Made by a program: the position numbers and the translations under genes
Shown: positions 1-16,659 of the stretch, in pieces
Layout of the letters: each line of letters begins with the position of its first letter
How positions within the stretch are numbered: the first letter of the stretch is position 1
Notes under the pieces: model-generated
What the model was told of the DNA's origin: nothing
Seen by the model: only the letters and a program-made list of their open reading frames with translations
Database searches by the model: none
NCBI RefSeq assembly: GCF_009914755.1
Contig: NC_060948.1
Origin: the human T2T-CHM13v2.0 reference genome, Homo sapiens
Reading direction: 5' to 3' (one strand)
DNA length: 64,000 bases

Positions 1-157
1 TCACGAGAATTCACTCATTATCATGAGAACAGCATGGAAAGCCCACCCCATGATCTAATCACATCCCAGGAGGTCCCTCCCCCAAAACATGGGGATTACA
101 ATTCAGATTACAATTTAAGATGAGATTTGGGTTGGGACACAGAGTCAGACCATATCA
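1..157 (-). mobile_element. MaLR LTR end (MSTA/THE1-like), cut by window edge, inserted in L1
   Basis: ggggattacaatt...gatgagatttgggttgggacacagagtcagaccatatca is the reverse complement of the MST/THE1 LTR terminus. Confidence 0.85.
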
Positions 158-1462
158 GGACCTAAACTCAACACTGGAGCAAATGGATCTGATAGACCTT
201 TACAGAACTCTTCACTCAAAAACAAAGAATATACATTCTTCTCATCATGACGTGGAATATATGCTAAAATTGATCACATAATTGGGCTCAAAATAATCCT
301 CAACAAATATAAAAGAGCCAAAATCATACAGAACACACTCTCAGAACACAGCACCATAGAAACAAAAGTCAAGATTATAAAAGTTGCAAATTAAACAGCA
401 TGCTCCTGAATGACTTTGGGGTAAATAATGAAATTAAGGCAGAAATCAAGAAGTTATTTGAAAATAATGCGAACAAAGATGCAACATACCAGAATCTCTG
501 GGACATAGCTAAGGCAGTGTTAAGAAGGAAATTCCTAGCACTGAATGCACACACCAAAAAGTTAGAAAGATCTCAAATTATCAACCTAACTTTACAACTG
601 AAAGAATTAGAGAAACAAGAACAAATCAACCCCATAGCTAGCAGAAGACAAGAAATAACAAAAATCAGAGCTTAACTGAAGGAAATTAACACACACACAA
701 AAAAATTCAAAAGATCAACAAATCCAAACATTGAAAAAAAATTACAAGATAGACTAATAGAGAAGAAAAAAGATCCAAGTAAACACAATTAGAAATTATA
801 AAGGGAATGTTGCTACTGACAGCACAGAAATAAAAGCAGTCATTAGAAACTATGATAAGCATCTCTATGCACACAAACTAGAAAACCTAGAAGAGATGAG
901 TAAATTTCTGGACAAACACATCCTCCCAGGACTGAGCCAGAAGAAATTGATTCTCTGAACAGACCAATAATAACCTCCAAAATTGAATCAATAACAAATA
1001 GCTTGCCTACCAACCAAAAAAAGCCCAGGATCAGAAGGATTCACAGCCAAACTCTACCAGGTGTACCAAGAAGAGCTGGTATCATACCTACTGAAACTAT
1101 TCCAAAAAATTGAGGAGGAAGGACTCCTCCCCAGGTCGTTCTATGAGACTAGCATCATCTAGATACCAAAAACAGGCAAAACACAACAAAAAAGGAAACT
1201 TAAGGCCAACATTTTTCTGTGAATATCAATGCAAAAATCCTAAACAAAATACTTGCAAACCAAATCCAGTAGCACATCTAAAAGCTAATCTATCATGATC
1301 AAGTAGGCTTCGTCCCCAGGATTCAAAGTTGATAATTAATTATAATAAACCACAAGATAATCATGTAGTTTATCTCAATAGACACAGAAAAGACCTTTGA
1401 TAAAATTCAACATTCCTTCATATTAAAAATTCTCAATAACCTAGGTATTAAAGGAAAGTACC

Positions 1463-1985
1463 TGTGACGGTTAATACTGAGTGTCAACTTGATTGGATTG
1501 AAGGATGCAAAGTATTGTTACTGGGTGTGTCTGTGAGGGTTTGCCAAAGGAGATTAATATTGGAGTCAGTGGTCTAAAGGAGGCAGACCCACCCTTAGTC
1601 TTGGTGGGCACCATCTAATGAGCTGCTAGCACAGCTAGGATAAAAGCAGGCAGAGGAACATGGAAAGAGTAGACTGGCTGAGTCTCCAGTGCTGGATGCT
1701 TTCTGCCTTGAACATCAGATTCCAAGTTCTTCAGCTTTTGGACTCTTGGGCTTACACCAGTGCTTTGCCAGGGGATCTCGGGCCTTTGGCCACAGACTGA
1801 AGGTTGCACTGTCGGCTTCCCTACTTTTGAGGTTTTGGGACTCATACTGTCTTCTTTGCTCCTCGGCTTAAGACAGCCTATTGTGAGAATTAACCTTGTG
1901 ACTGCGTGAGTCAACACTCCTTAAACACCCTTTCATATATACATGTATACTGTTAGTCTTGTTCCTCTAGAGAACCCTAATAGCA
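1463..1985 (+). mobile_element. MLT2A1-like solo LTR (ERVL)
   Basis: Starts tgtgacggttaatactgagtgtcaacttgattggattgaaggatgc and ends ctagagaaccctaatagca; host L1 resumes with tacc on both sides. Confidence 0.9.
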
Positions 1986-2535
1986 TACCTCTAAATAATT
2001 AGAGCCATCTATGACAAACCCAAAGCCAACATTATAATGATTGGGAAAAAGCTGGTAGCATTCCCCTTGCAATCCAGCACAAGACAAAGATGCCCTCTCT
2101 CTGCACTTCTATTCAACATAGTATTGGAAGTCCTAGCCAAAGCAAGCAGGTAGGAAAAAAAAAAAACAAAGTGCATCTGAACAGGTAGAAAGGAAGCTGA
2201 ATTATCTCTGTTTGCAGACAACCTAATTTTATATCTAGAAAACCCCACAGTCTTGGGCCAAAAGCTCTTTCAGCTGATAAACAAGTTTAGCAAAGTTGCT
2301 GTATACAAATTCAATGTATAAAAATTACTAGCATTTCTATTCACCAACAATAGTGAAACTGAGAGCCAAATCAGAAAGGCAATCCCATTCACAATTGCCA
2401 CACACACAAAAAATGCCTACAAATACAGCTAACGAGGAAAATGAATGGTATCTACGATGAGAATTACAAAACACTGTTCAAAGAAATCAGAGGAGACACA
2501 AAACAAATGGAAAAATATCTCATGCTCATGGATAG

Positions 2536-2946
<411 letters not shown>

Positions 2947-3771
2947 TGGAAAAAGCTATTTTAAAATTCATGTGGAACCAAAAAAGAACCCAAATAGCCA
3001 AGGCAATCCTAAGCAAAAGTAGCAAAGCTGGAGGCTTCATGTTACCCAACTTCAGACTATACTACGAGGCTACAGTAACCAAAACAGCATGGTTCTGGTT
3101 CAAAAACAGGCATATAGGCCAATGGAACAGAATAAAGAGCTCCAAAATAAGATCACCCTTCTATGACCATCTGATCTTTGACAAAGCTGACAAAAACAAG
3201 CAATGGGAAAAAGACTCCCTGTTCAGTAAATGGTACTGGGATAAATGGCTAGCTATATGTAGAAGATTAAAGCTAAACCACTTCCTTACACCATACACAT
3301 AATCAACTCAAGATGGATTAAAGACATAAATGTAAAATTTCAAACTGTAAAAACCCTAGGAGACAATCATCGTGGACATAGGAACGGGCAAAGATTTTAT
3401 GATAAAGACACCAAATCAACGACAACAAAAGCAAAAATTTAGAAGTAGGATCTAATTAAAGTTAAGAGCTTCTGCACAGCAAAAGAAACTATCAGCAGAG
3501 TAAACAGACAACCTACAGAATGGGAAAAAATATTTGCAAACTGCACATCTGACAAAGGTCTAAGTTCTAGCATCTATAAGGAGTTTAAACAAAATTACAA
3601 GAGAAAAACAAGCCCCATTAAAAAGTAGGCAAAGGATATGAACAGACACTTCTCAAAAGAAGGTAGACATGCAGCCAAGAAGTATATGAAAGAAAGTTCA
3701 ATATCAATGATCATTAGAGAAATGCTATCAAAATGACGAGATACCATTTCACACCAGTCAGAATAGCTACT

Positions 3772-3774
<3 letters not shown>

Positions 3775-3811
<37 letters not shown>
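3775..3811. repeat. (AAT)n microsatellite
   Basis: About 12 perfect aat units. Confidence 0.95.
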
Positions 3812-3814
<3 letters not shown>

Positions 3815-5786
3815 GATGCTGGCAATGTTTTGGAGAAAAGGGAACACTTATACACTGTTGGTGAGAGTGTAAATTGGTTTAACCATTGTGGAAAGCAGTA
3901 TGGCTATTCCTCAAAGAGCTAGAAGCAGAACTACTGTTCGACCCAGCAATCCTATTACTGGGTATATACCCAGCAGAATATAAAGCATTCTACCATAAAG
4001 ACACATGCATGCATATGTTCACCGCAGCACAATTAACAGTAGCAAAGACATGGAATCATCACACATGCCCATCAATGACACATTGGATAAAGAAAATGTA
4101 CATATACACGATGGAATATTATGCAGCTAAAAGCAAAAAGAATAAGGTGATGTCTTTTGTGGGCACATGGATGGAACTGGAGGCTATCATCCTTAGTAAA
4201 CTAATGCAGGAAGAGGAAACTAAATACTGTATGTTCTCACTTATAAGTTGGAGTTAAATGATAAGAACTTATGATCACAAATAAGGAATCAACAGACACC
4301 GGGGTCTACTTGAGGGGGCAGGGGAAAAGGAGGGTGAGGAGCAGAAAAGATAACTACTAGGTACTGGGCTTAATACCTGGGTGATGAAATAATATTAACA
4401 ACAAATCTTCTTGACAGGTGATTATCTGTGTAACAAACCTTCACATGTACTCCCAAACTTAAAATAAAAGTTAGATAAAATAAATAAATAAATACATTTT
4501 AAATAGCATCTTATGCAAAAGCCCTACATTTATTTGAATACAGAGAACAATCTTATATTTTTCAAAAGCTATGTGGTGGTTTAAATATAAATCCTATTCC
4601 TTTTATTTATTTTGCATAACATAATGCTTAACAACTGCTATGTTATTTTGTTTAATAAACACATTAATATTTGTTAGATTTTCAATTTAGTAAATCATTT
4701 AACAGTAAATGACTTAAGAAATGTAGATGAAAATTAAGCTAAATATGTGTTTTTACTTTGTTTTATTATTGGATGTCCTAGGATTCTACTTACAAGATAT
4801 AAAATACGACCTCCTCAAAGATGACTGTAGTAAGGCTATAAAATACACTAAGCGTATAAAGAATTTTTAATAAGAAGATGACTGTTCCTTATTAGTGCTT
4901 TTGCTCTAGCCATGGAACTCATCTGCATAAGTAAAGACATGTTGTTTATAACAAGGTTTGGTTGTTCCCATAATGTCTGACTAGTCTGCAAGTTCAGAAA
5001 CTTATAAATAATAATTTCATAGTGTTGCACTTTTATAGAAACTTTGAATTTGGAATTAGAAACTACATCTAATCCCATTAAATGCCTTGAAATATGGCCT
5101 TAAACATTGTTTTAAATATTAGACAATATTGGTCTATATTTGGCTTTTATATCATTATGTGAGAATATAGTATCTATTATATTGGGTTTACCTTTGCAGT
5201 TCTGCAGTCTGTCAGATATTTTTGTACTAAAAGGATATACATTGAAACCAAGTATTCATTGTGACAAATGTTATATTAATATAATAAAAATTAAATAATA
5301 TATGAAGAAAGAAAACTAATACTTGTTTTGCCAAACTATTGTTTAGACAATTTTGTCACCACATTGTAAAGTTTACAATATGCCTAATATTCCTAAAACA
5401 TTTATTTAGTTAAAGGTCTCTCATAACCTTTCAATGGTTTTCTATTCTCTGCAAAGATAAATTTACTATTCTCCACTATCGAGCCTTAATTTGCCCATTT
5501 GTACATATCTCTCACTGTGTAGAGCTATATCACCCCTTGGGATTTTCTGTGTTAAAATAAATTATAAATATTCCCTCTGATTATTTTGTAAAAGAGTAAT
5601 TTTCATATTTTGCTCAGTGGAACCACAGGCCTCCATGTTTTTGCTGCAAGGATTCATTAAAAAATATAAAACTTGCCACCAAACTGTCTAAAAGAATGCT
5701 GTTACTGCATTATGTCTCATATATCAGGGTTCCACGTTACATTTGTTAAGAGAAAAAAAAGAATCAAATTCTCAATAAAAGTTTGA

Positions 5787-6137
<351 letters not shown>

Positions 6138-7349
6138 GCCATGAAATCTTCTGAAATTGAATAGTTTCGCATAGACAAACTAAATGACTATTTGTGGAGA
6201 TTTTTAATAAAAGTCTAATATTGTTTATCTTTAAATAAATTCATTGCTCTAAATAAACTAAGCCTCTTGGTATCTAATGCATTTTTTCCACTTCTATTTT
6301 CTTTCTGTTCTCTCAGTCACTTTCACTTTGTTCTTCTAAGTTCTACCATTTAAAATAGGCTCAGATCCTTCTTTTTCATAAAGCTTCAAAGTATCATTCC
6401 CTCCAGTCCACAGCAGTTGCTCAGTCATAGCATCCAATGTTTATCCCATTAACATCTCAGTTGCTTGCAAATCACCTTCTGACTTTTTTGATATTATTTG
6501 GTTAATTCAATGATTTTTAACAGTAGTATTTATGTGTTTCTGCCTTGTTATTGTAAACAATATTAATTTCTTTGAAAGCATAAACCATAACAGAGCAAGT
6601 TTGCATTCTACTCCCTGCCACTGTCTTTTACATAGTTAATCCTCAGTAACTATAGATATGCTTTGATAATTTTAAAAATGTTTTAGTAATATAGTAAAAA
6701 AAAGAAACCCAGTAGGTCGAATATTTTTGGCTTCTATTTTAAATGTATTATGTCAAATTATGGATTAAAATATCAGTATAGTTAAACAATATTAAAAATA
6801 GTTCATTATAGTTTAAATATCTTTTTATGTTCTGTGACAGTAAAACTACATGAATACATGATAGTAGGACATAAAAGCTATCAATATGGGATGAACTAAA
6901 GAAAGTGAGTGGCTGTAACAAAATGGAGATAAATAAATGGTGATATGCTTCAAAAGTGTAAAAACTATGAATAGTTTCAGCTGGGAGATATAGATAACTG
7001 TAATGATACGGTCCCCATTTATACAACATAAATGCTGCCCAAGCAGTAAATTAATGATTTTTCTTGAACCTACTGGGGAAGGACAATTTCAGGGTGAATA
7101 ATCACCCCCAAATTCTGGAGAAAGATATCGTCAGTGAAAAATAAGACACGAGCATTTGCTTGCCTGGGGTTTATGTCACTGGGTGCCACAAAAGTTGGTA
7201 GGCAGATAGAATAATACATTTTAATAAATAGCTAGTGGCTAACTGTGGGCTACTCTGAAAGTATAATGTTCCTAGAGTCTGTGGTTATGAGGAGTTCATA
7301 GATTTCTCCAAGAACGCAATCAGTCACTCAAAGGAAAAATTGAGAAGAA

Positions 7350-9720
7350 TCCAGAAAGGTTCAATAGAAAAGAAATCATCTTTTCAACAATTACTACTGG
7401 GAAAATTAAACATCTACATGCAAAAGAATAAAATTGAACCCTACCTCACATCATACATAGCAATTGAATGAAAATAGATCTTAAATATAACAGCTGAAAG
7501 TATGAAATTCTTGGAAGAGAATATAGGAGAAAACTTTTATGACATTGGGTTAGACAAAGGTTTCTTGAATATGACATCAAAATACATGGAAAAAAACTTA
7601 GAAATATTGGACTTCATTAAAATTAAAACCTCTTGTACAGCAAATTATGACATCATGAAAGTGAAAGACAACTTAAAAAATGGGAGAAAATATCAACAAA
7701 TTATATATTTCATAAGGGATTTGTATTCATAACATGTTAGAAAGAAAGAAAAACTTATGACAATAAAAAAGTCAAATAACTAAATTTAAAAATAGTCAAA
7801 GTATTTAAACATTATTACAGTGAGGAGGTACAAATGGCCAATGAGGACATGAAAGGATGCTCAGCATCATTGGTCATTAGGACAATGCAAATCAACAGCA
7901 CAAGATAGCACTTTACAACCACTAGAATGACTATAGTAAAAAAAGCCAAACAATAACAACTGTTAGCAAGAATGTAGAGAAATAGAAATTCTCATACATT
8001 GTTGGTGGGTGTGTATAATTGTGTAGACACATAAAAAATGCTCAACATCATTTTCATCAGGGCAATGCAAATTAAAACAACAATGAGATACCACTGCACA
8101 TCTATTAAAAAGGAGAAAAATCCAAAACTTGACAACACTAAAGGCTGATGAGAAAGCAAAGCAAAACCACTTCATTTGTTGCTCATGGAAATGAAAAAAA
8201 TAGTTCAGTCACTTTTTGGAAATGTCTTATAAAGCTATACATAGAGTTGCCATAATATCTAGCAATCCCACTGAAACTGCTTACCAAGTGAACTGAAAAC
8301 TAATGTTGACACAAAAACTTTACTTATAATGTCCAAAAGGTGGAAATAACCAAAATGTAAATGGATAAACGTGGTGCACTGTATAAAAAATGCTATTCAA
8401 TAATATAAAAAATGGGGTACTAATTCAAGCAAATAGCTTTGCTTTTTCCTAAGTGAAAGAAGCCAGATCCAAAAGGCTAGACATTGCATAATTTTCTTAA
8501 TATAATATTATGGCAAAGGAAAAACTATAGTGATGAAACACATACCAGTTACTGGCAATGGTTGAAGAAATTATATATATATCCTTCCTTGCTTTTTCTA
8601 GCTTCCAGTGTTTTCCAGCAAACCTTGGTGTTTATTGGCCAGTGGATGCATCACTCCAATCTCTGCCTTTGTCTTTACATGGCCATCTTTCGCTGTCTGT
8701 GTCTCTGTGTCCCTTATTAAGACATCAGTCATATTGGATTAAGGGCTCATGCTTATGTCCTCACCTTAACTGATACATTTGCAATGACTCTTTGTTTTCC
8801 AAATTAGTATGAATTCTGAGGTACTGAGGTTAAGACTTCAACATATGCATTTGAAAACAAAAAATTAATGTAGAATGTAGAGCTAGTATTGGGAAAATAC
8901 AAAATGAGCCAGGAAGATCTTGTAGTGCCAGAAACTAAGATGGTGCTAAAAATTGAAAGAATGGGTCATGTCAAAATAACACAGGAACCAAACTTAAAAA
9001 GCTCTTGATGGCTGAAAGTTGAAGAAATTCGAGAAACAAAATAAGTAAAGTAGTACTGGATTCTAGCCCAAAGTATAAAATAAATATGAGTCCATACTGA
9101 TATAAATAAATATTTGGGTAAAAAATGAGGAAAAAAGATATGTTTCCCTATATAGAGAAAGTCTAAATAATTTATGTAGATACTTCTCTCTTCAGAGAGG
9201 CAGAAATTAACCGTACGCTTCTTGAGAGTAGACCATACTTAGAAATTTTCTTGCAAACAGTACATCATGGAAAGGAGAGAAAAAAAGAATAACTATACAG
9301 TGGAGAAACTTGACAGAAGTACCTCATCCAGGCAATCAAGGTTAACATTAACAGTGGTTTGGCATGTTGATTGCATGCAATCTTTCCATGATGTGATGAA
9401 TATGAAATTTTTGTGGTCTTCCTACTAAATACCCATAAAACAAATATAATCATTTAAAAGAAAAACAGCCATTTTTCAGTTGGGGGTTCTACAAAATATC
9501 TAATCAGTACTCTACTCCTAAAATGTGTCAAGGTAATCAGCAACAAGGTAAATCAGAGAATCTGTCAAAGTCTAGAGATGTCTAAGGAGACATGCCAACT
9601 AAATATAATATATTATCTTGGATGGGATTTTGTAACAGAAAAAGTACATTTGATAAAATGTCTGGAGGTTGGTTAATAATAATTTACTAATACTGGCTTC
9701 TTAGTTTTGAGAATATATAC
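7350..9720 (+). mobile_element. Old L1M (L1MC/MD-like) ORF2 end and 3'UTR fragments
   Basis: ORF 7502-7732 (KFLEENIGENFYDIGL...LDFIKIK) is L1 ORF2-like; L1M 3'UTR motifs follow. Confidence 0.7.
8575..8860 (-). mobile_element. MLT1 (B/C-like) MaLR LTR fragment
   Basis: gatgcatcactccaatctctgcc...catcagtcatattggattaagggc...ctgaggtactgaggttaagacttcaacatatg. Confidence 0.75.
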
Positions 9721-9723
9721 AAT

Positions 9724-9836
9724 GGCTACGGTCTGAGTTACACCTCCACTTGTTACAGTTCATGATGTACAGAAAAAACTTTAAGCAAAACTTAATATAT
9801 GTAAAGAGGTAGCTTTAGGCTAAACTTTGTTTAACA
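9724..9836 (-). mobile_element. MER57A 3' LTR, only ~113 bp retained
   Basis: cacctccacttgttacagttcatgatgtacag...ctttaggctaaactttgtttaaca matches the end of the 16680-17079 LTR. Confidence 0.85.
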
Positions 9837-10899
9837 ATTCCCGTATTTTGGTCATCTTCTCAATTTTGAGAGATTGACAAAACTTTAGTCATTTATGTTA
9901 CTATCACTATCGTAAATGTATTTATTTAATCTTGAAACCCACTGGAAAATAGCAGAACAGCAGGTTTTGTAAGATGGAAACAGGCACATCAGTTTTCTTT
10001 TCTCTTTTTTTTTGTTTTTTTAAGGCTTAAAGTAGAGTTTACTCTTTCTGTTGGAATGAATGTCTTGTTTACAAGATAAAAATTAAAACCTGGTCTGTTC
10101 TAGGATCTATGCATTTCCTTAAAGTCTTAGTTAGATTATGTCACATTTAGCGTGAGCAACTCCATTTTGTTTTGTTCTGGTTTGTTGGAGCCTAGTGCAT
10201 GAGCTGAGTAAAAAATAATGGCCTCCTATAATTTTGTTTAAAAATTTTCCCCTTTTGGTCAGGTTCTCACTTAGGTGAGAGTTTGACCAAAACTTAGGGC
10301 CCTAGCACCACTCTCAGTTACAATCATTTTGGGTTTCTAGTCTCAGAATTTTATTCATAGGTTATGTTGCCCTTATGGTCACACATTTCCTTCAGCTCTT
10401 GTCATTCCAGTTGAAGAGAGACCATTTGACATTCTAGAGATGGCAGTATGCAAATATTTACAATTTTTGCGAGAATACAGCACACCAGGGAGACTATGAC
10501 TATGACTATTGGGAGTATAATACCAAGAGTTTGGAGCATGCTTCTTACCCAGGGTCCCCATAAAACAAACCAACTAAATCAATAGATCAAAGAATGGGCT
10601 AGATAAAGAATCTATTCACTAAACTAAGTCTCTTCACTAATCCCTACAACTGAATCTATAATACTTGATGTGATGTATTTCTCTATAGGACTCAAGTGCC
10701 AGCAGCTGCACTGATACTTGTCTGGTTAGCCAGTAAGTAATCTAGAGAAATTCTAAGATTTAGCATAACTCTCACAAGAGAATTTAAAGTCTGTTGTGTA
10801 ACCATAGCCTTTACAATAGTATCTGCTACAGAGCCTATCATGAGGGATACATTTCTAATCATTGCCTTTTTTACTCCAAATCATGGAAAAATTAAAACC

Positions 10900-12040
<1,141 letters not shown>

Positions 12041-13897
12041 AAGATTCCATCTGCTTCTGTCGAGAAACTTCCCTGTTTAGCATTACCTTAAGGGTTCCAA
12101 TGGGTGCACAGTGCCAAGAGTGTGGAGGGACCCTTCTCAGTAGTGAGATTATGAACCTAAGGTTCAAGGTTCTGAAGTTTTGCTGCAGTGTGAATGGCAA
12201 GGATAGTCATTCTCTAATGTTCTTAGAAGATCCAGTCTTTGGGTTCTAGATTGTGAAGAGTTGATTGTTTTAAGTCAGTGAACCATAAAAAGCTTTATTT
12301 ACCTGGTGAAAATATACGGTGGCATAATAATCGACTGTTGTATGTATCAGCCCTCTTGCAAAGGAAAGCTTTTATACGAGAAAACATGCATTGAAAAGGA
12401 CAATTGAATGAAATCCCTCTATAAATGTTTAAGTGGCTTACCAGGTAGCTGAACGTACCTGAAGTTTTTATTGTCTTCCCAGGAATATGGGTTTGACAAA
12501 TCAAACATTGGTCATAAACTGTTTTAGCAATTTAGAAGTGACCACACCAATATATATTTCATTTGGATTATTTCATCTTTTCCATAATGAGTCATGGAAT
12601 GCAGAACCTTTAATAACAAAAGCTTTAAGGACTCAGGAAAGACAAGGTGGCTGTCTTGGTTCTCCATGAGTCCATGCTTAACATCGGACTTATATCTGCT
12701 TGAATACCAGTTGTTTTCCCAATTTATGTGCATAGCACTTATAACTAATGGGTTTTCATTGGTAATTTGACTGAGACCATGGAGTTCATTCAGATTGTAT
12801 ATCTAAACAATTTCTGTGTTGGTTGATTTAACTTGAAAATCTGGAAAATATTTTCTTGATATTCAATTAAATTTTGTTCTACTTGGATTTGCAATTTTAT
12901 AAACCAGCCAGTCTTTTAATTAAAGTTCCAGGAATTCTTGAACAGTCCAAATGATATGACTCTAAAGTTTCCAGAAATCTGTATTCAAGAGTGCTTCTCA
13001 GGGTCCTTTGCATCCTCTCATGAACCTCCTAAAAGACATCATATTCTAGGATTTTGTGTGCTTGTGAATTTTTCAGAAACTACATCAGCATTAAGCAATT
13101 TACTGTGGAAATGACTACAAATAGTCATAGTTAAAAACACAATTGACAAGGAAATTTGTTATTTCTGTGGTCTACAATAACTTAACCTAATAACCATAAT
13201 TCTTAATTGATTGATAGTATATAGTCAGACATATTAGAATTTTAGAAATCTCATACAATTTTGAAACATATATTAATAACATTCACTAAAATATAACCCG
13301 AAAAACGTTAAACATCATTTATTTTAACAACAATTTCCATGTAACTTAACATGTCAAATCATCCTGTTTACCTCTCTTTTGGATGTTTCAGGGGCCTGCT
13401 GTAGCATCCCAAAGTTAGTGATCAGAAAAGACAATTTTGAAGCTGAAATTTTATTTGGGACAGACTATCAAATATGTTAAAGGTCCAAAACACTTGAGAA
13501 TTCCAGGTCACCAAAAGTCATTTATTTAGCCAAAATGATGACTCAAAGATTTTAAAAAGGCAAAAACCTTTACTCATTGATAAATGGAAGACTTAGATTT
13601 TCAGATAATCTGTCTCTTGTTTTTCCATTTTTTTCCTGTAGTTTACTCAAAAGGCAAACAAAATCTTTTATTATTTTTAGTATTACATGAAAATCTTATT
13701 CAAGACAGAAAGCCAAATTTCATCCTTGTATTAGTATACTATTGTCAACCCCAATTTTTAATAAAACCTTATATACAAATCTGTTCAATCTTAATCACTT
13801 TGATTATAAGGTGAGACTCTCATAAACCTTTTTATAACCCTTTACAAATTTTTGTTAAAGAGTAGATTAGTGCTCTGAGAAAATCCTGTTGTTCTTT

Positions 13898-14199
13898 GTT
13901 GTTGTTGTTGTTGTTTTTAGACAGTCTCCCTCTGCCACCCAGGCTGGAGTGCACTGGCACAATCTTGGCTAAATACAACCTCTGTCTCCTGGGTTCAAGT
14001 GACTCTCCTGCCGCAGCCTCCCAAGTAACTGGGATTACAGTCATGCGTCACCATGCCCAGTTAATTTTTGTGTTTTTAGTAGAGACGGGGTTTCACCATG
14101 TTGGCCAGGCTAGTCTCAAACTTCTGACCTCAAGTGATCCACCCACCTGGGCCTCCTAAAGTGCTTGGATTTCCGGCTTGAGTCACCAGGACTTCTGCC
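13898..14199 (-). mobile_element. AluS (Sx-like) with (GTT)n tail
   Basis: Alu body; TSD cctgttgttcttt / cctgttgtgcttt. Confidence 0.92.
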
Positions 14200-15053
14200 C
14201 CTGTTGTGCTTTTATTCCAATGTTCAATTTATGGAAAAACCAAATGTTACTCCTTTAAATAGCCAATATTGTCATTCACAGAATTTCTTTTTACAAGATT
14301 AATTTTTTACAAACCTTCAACAACTTGCTCAAACATTTAGCTTTATTCTATCTTACTAGGCAAAAATTTACATTCCAGGGCCTTCTTATGATCTTTTACT
14401 AAAAGCACATTTCACTTTCTTCACATACGTTGCATGTAAAACTGTTTTTTCAGTAGTCTTGATTTCATGTTACAATGTTAACTCTTAGCAATTTCTATTT
14501 GTGGTAAAAAAAACCTGGTAAGTTATTTTATTGGAGTAACGAGCTGTTAGAAGTTATTTTATTTCCTCGCATGTGTGCATCAAGAGTGGCAAGAAGACAA
14601 AATGGAGAAAAGCTATCCAGTTGACTGAAAAAAAAAAAAAACACAAGATCTATGAAGAGAATAAAATCATAAAGGCCTTTCAAATATATGTGTAGCTTGG
14701 TGATCCACTTTTAATTAAGCTGACTTTTAGCCATAGCCCTCTTTTTTAAAAGTCCTTTTAAATTTCTTGTTACTCTACTTTAGCCCGCCCAGATTGCCAA
14801 TATTTCTGGCTTTTAAACTTTACAAAAGCAACATCACGGGTGAATTCAACAAGCCTTAACTAAGGTTATGACCTAACCATGAGTGTATGAGGTATTTTGA
14901 AAGAGGTGGTTAGCAGATTTTATAAGATGTAGAATCTCCAAAGTTAGCTCAGAGAAAGGAAGATTCAAGAAGGGAAGATAGAGGTTGTTCATGGAGGGGC
15001 TGAGAATCAACAAAGGGCCAAAGTTACACAGATATCTAACCAGAAAGTACTCA

Positions 15054-15130
15054 TTCTCTAAGCCGGGAATTGAATCCTGAACCTGGGTTGTCACGGTGAA
15101 AAGACAAAGCCTTAGCCACAAAGCTACATC
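15054..15130 (-). pseudogene. Degenerate tRNA-Glu(TTC)-like sequence inside MER57-int
   Basis: ttctctaagccgggaattgaatcc...cggtgaaa...ccttagccac resembles the reverse complement of tRNA-Glu (TTCCCTGGCCGGGAATCGAACCC...GGTGAAAG...CCTAGCCAC). Confidence 0.55.
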
Positions 15131-16659
15131 ATTGACAGTTTCCATTGCTCTTCCCAGAAGTAGTCTAGAGTAGCCAATTTTGATCTTGCAAAGGCTTTTA
15201 ACTTCTTGAAATAATGTTTAGAGCTAACTATGACATGAACCCTAAAATTCTTGTTCCCTGGATGGCAGAGACAGAGAGAAAGTACTGCCACATGGTTACA
15301 AAGTCAAGCCCCCAAGGACATAAAACAAGACAAGATGGAGGCCTCATTCAGTTTCTTTGTTAGTTTCAGGGAACTGAAGCAAAATTTGTCACTGACCAGC
15401 TTGCTGGGCCATCTTAAATAACAAGCTAATGTGGTCCTAAGCCCATGTTCTATCCCAAGTACCCCTCTTCATGACAGAACAACACAGAAAGACAAATTCA
15501 TAGCACAAAGTACACCAGATTTGCTACAGCTTAAGACTAGCCTAATGAATCCTTTTTCTTATTAATTAAAAATGTGCAAAAGATAGGGATTTTTACCATT
15601 CCCACTACTGGTTTGCAGAGAGAGAGAAGCATTGCCTGCAGCAGGGTAGAGAAGGTGAGGTGCTCAGGAAGGTCAGAGAAAGACCCACCCATTGCAGCAA
15701 TACTTAACCAAAAATTCAGGTAGCTGCTTGTTGGTCACAAAGGGATCATTTTCAGCAGTCCCATTGGCTCTCATGTTTCCCCGTTTGGGGAGCAAAAGTT
15801 CCCCATGTTCCATGGTCCTGTACGTGCCTAAACCTGTTAACCACAGCAGCCATCAGAAAAGAGTGCAAGGCAGATTTAATTTTTTAAAAATGAATTAGTT
15901 GCTTAAGCTTTTTATTTTCCTATTATAAAGTTTTAAGATAAAAATATTAGAATCTTTTTAGGAGCTCCTGCATATCGATAGGCATCCCTAGATGAGACTA
16001 ATTTGGGAGTGCCTATTTTCAAATGCACTTCAGTGCTGTGTTGTTAATTTGGAACGTTCCACTGTAAATGATCTTTATTAAGATTTTGTCATTTCTGTAA
16101 GACTTTGCTCCTTCCAGGGCCTAACACTTGTCCATGTATAAGCCAAAAGAAGCTCAGTTCTTCAGAAATTAAGGATCCCATTTTTACCTAAAATACTGGC
16201 TTTGCTCTCAGGTTCCGTTGATCAACTTAGCCAGCAATTTTTTCCAACCTAAGCATGCATGAAAAGTGAAACAAAAGGGTAGAACACAAAAATCCCTGCG
16301 AATTTCCAAAAGCCAAATTTTATACCCCCTGCAATACTACTATTTACTACCTGTTTCTTTCTGACCCAGTCAGATGTAAAAGGCCTCTAACTGGATCCAA
16401 GCCAGTTAGTTACCGGATCTAATCTAATCAAGGGCCCAGTTCAGTTTCTGTCGTGACTGCTGGACCCAGTTTGGATCAGAAAATTGTTCAAAGAAACTTG
16501 GAGAGCTTAAAACAAAAATTCATGGAGCTTTGGGATCCAAGAGAGAACTTACCACAATCCCCAGCTGCTCTGAGATCTCGAGCGATGGGCACAACAGGTG
16601 GTTGAGTACATTGCTTGGTCACTCAGCGCTCCTGGAGGTCGTTAGAAGCTCTACTTTGG

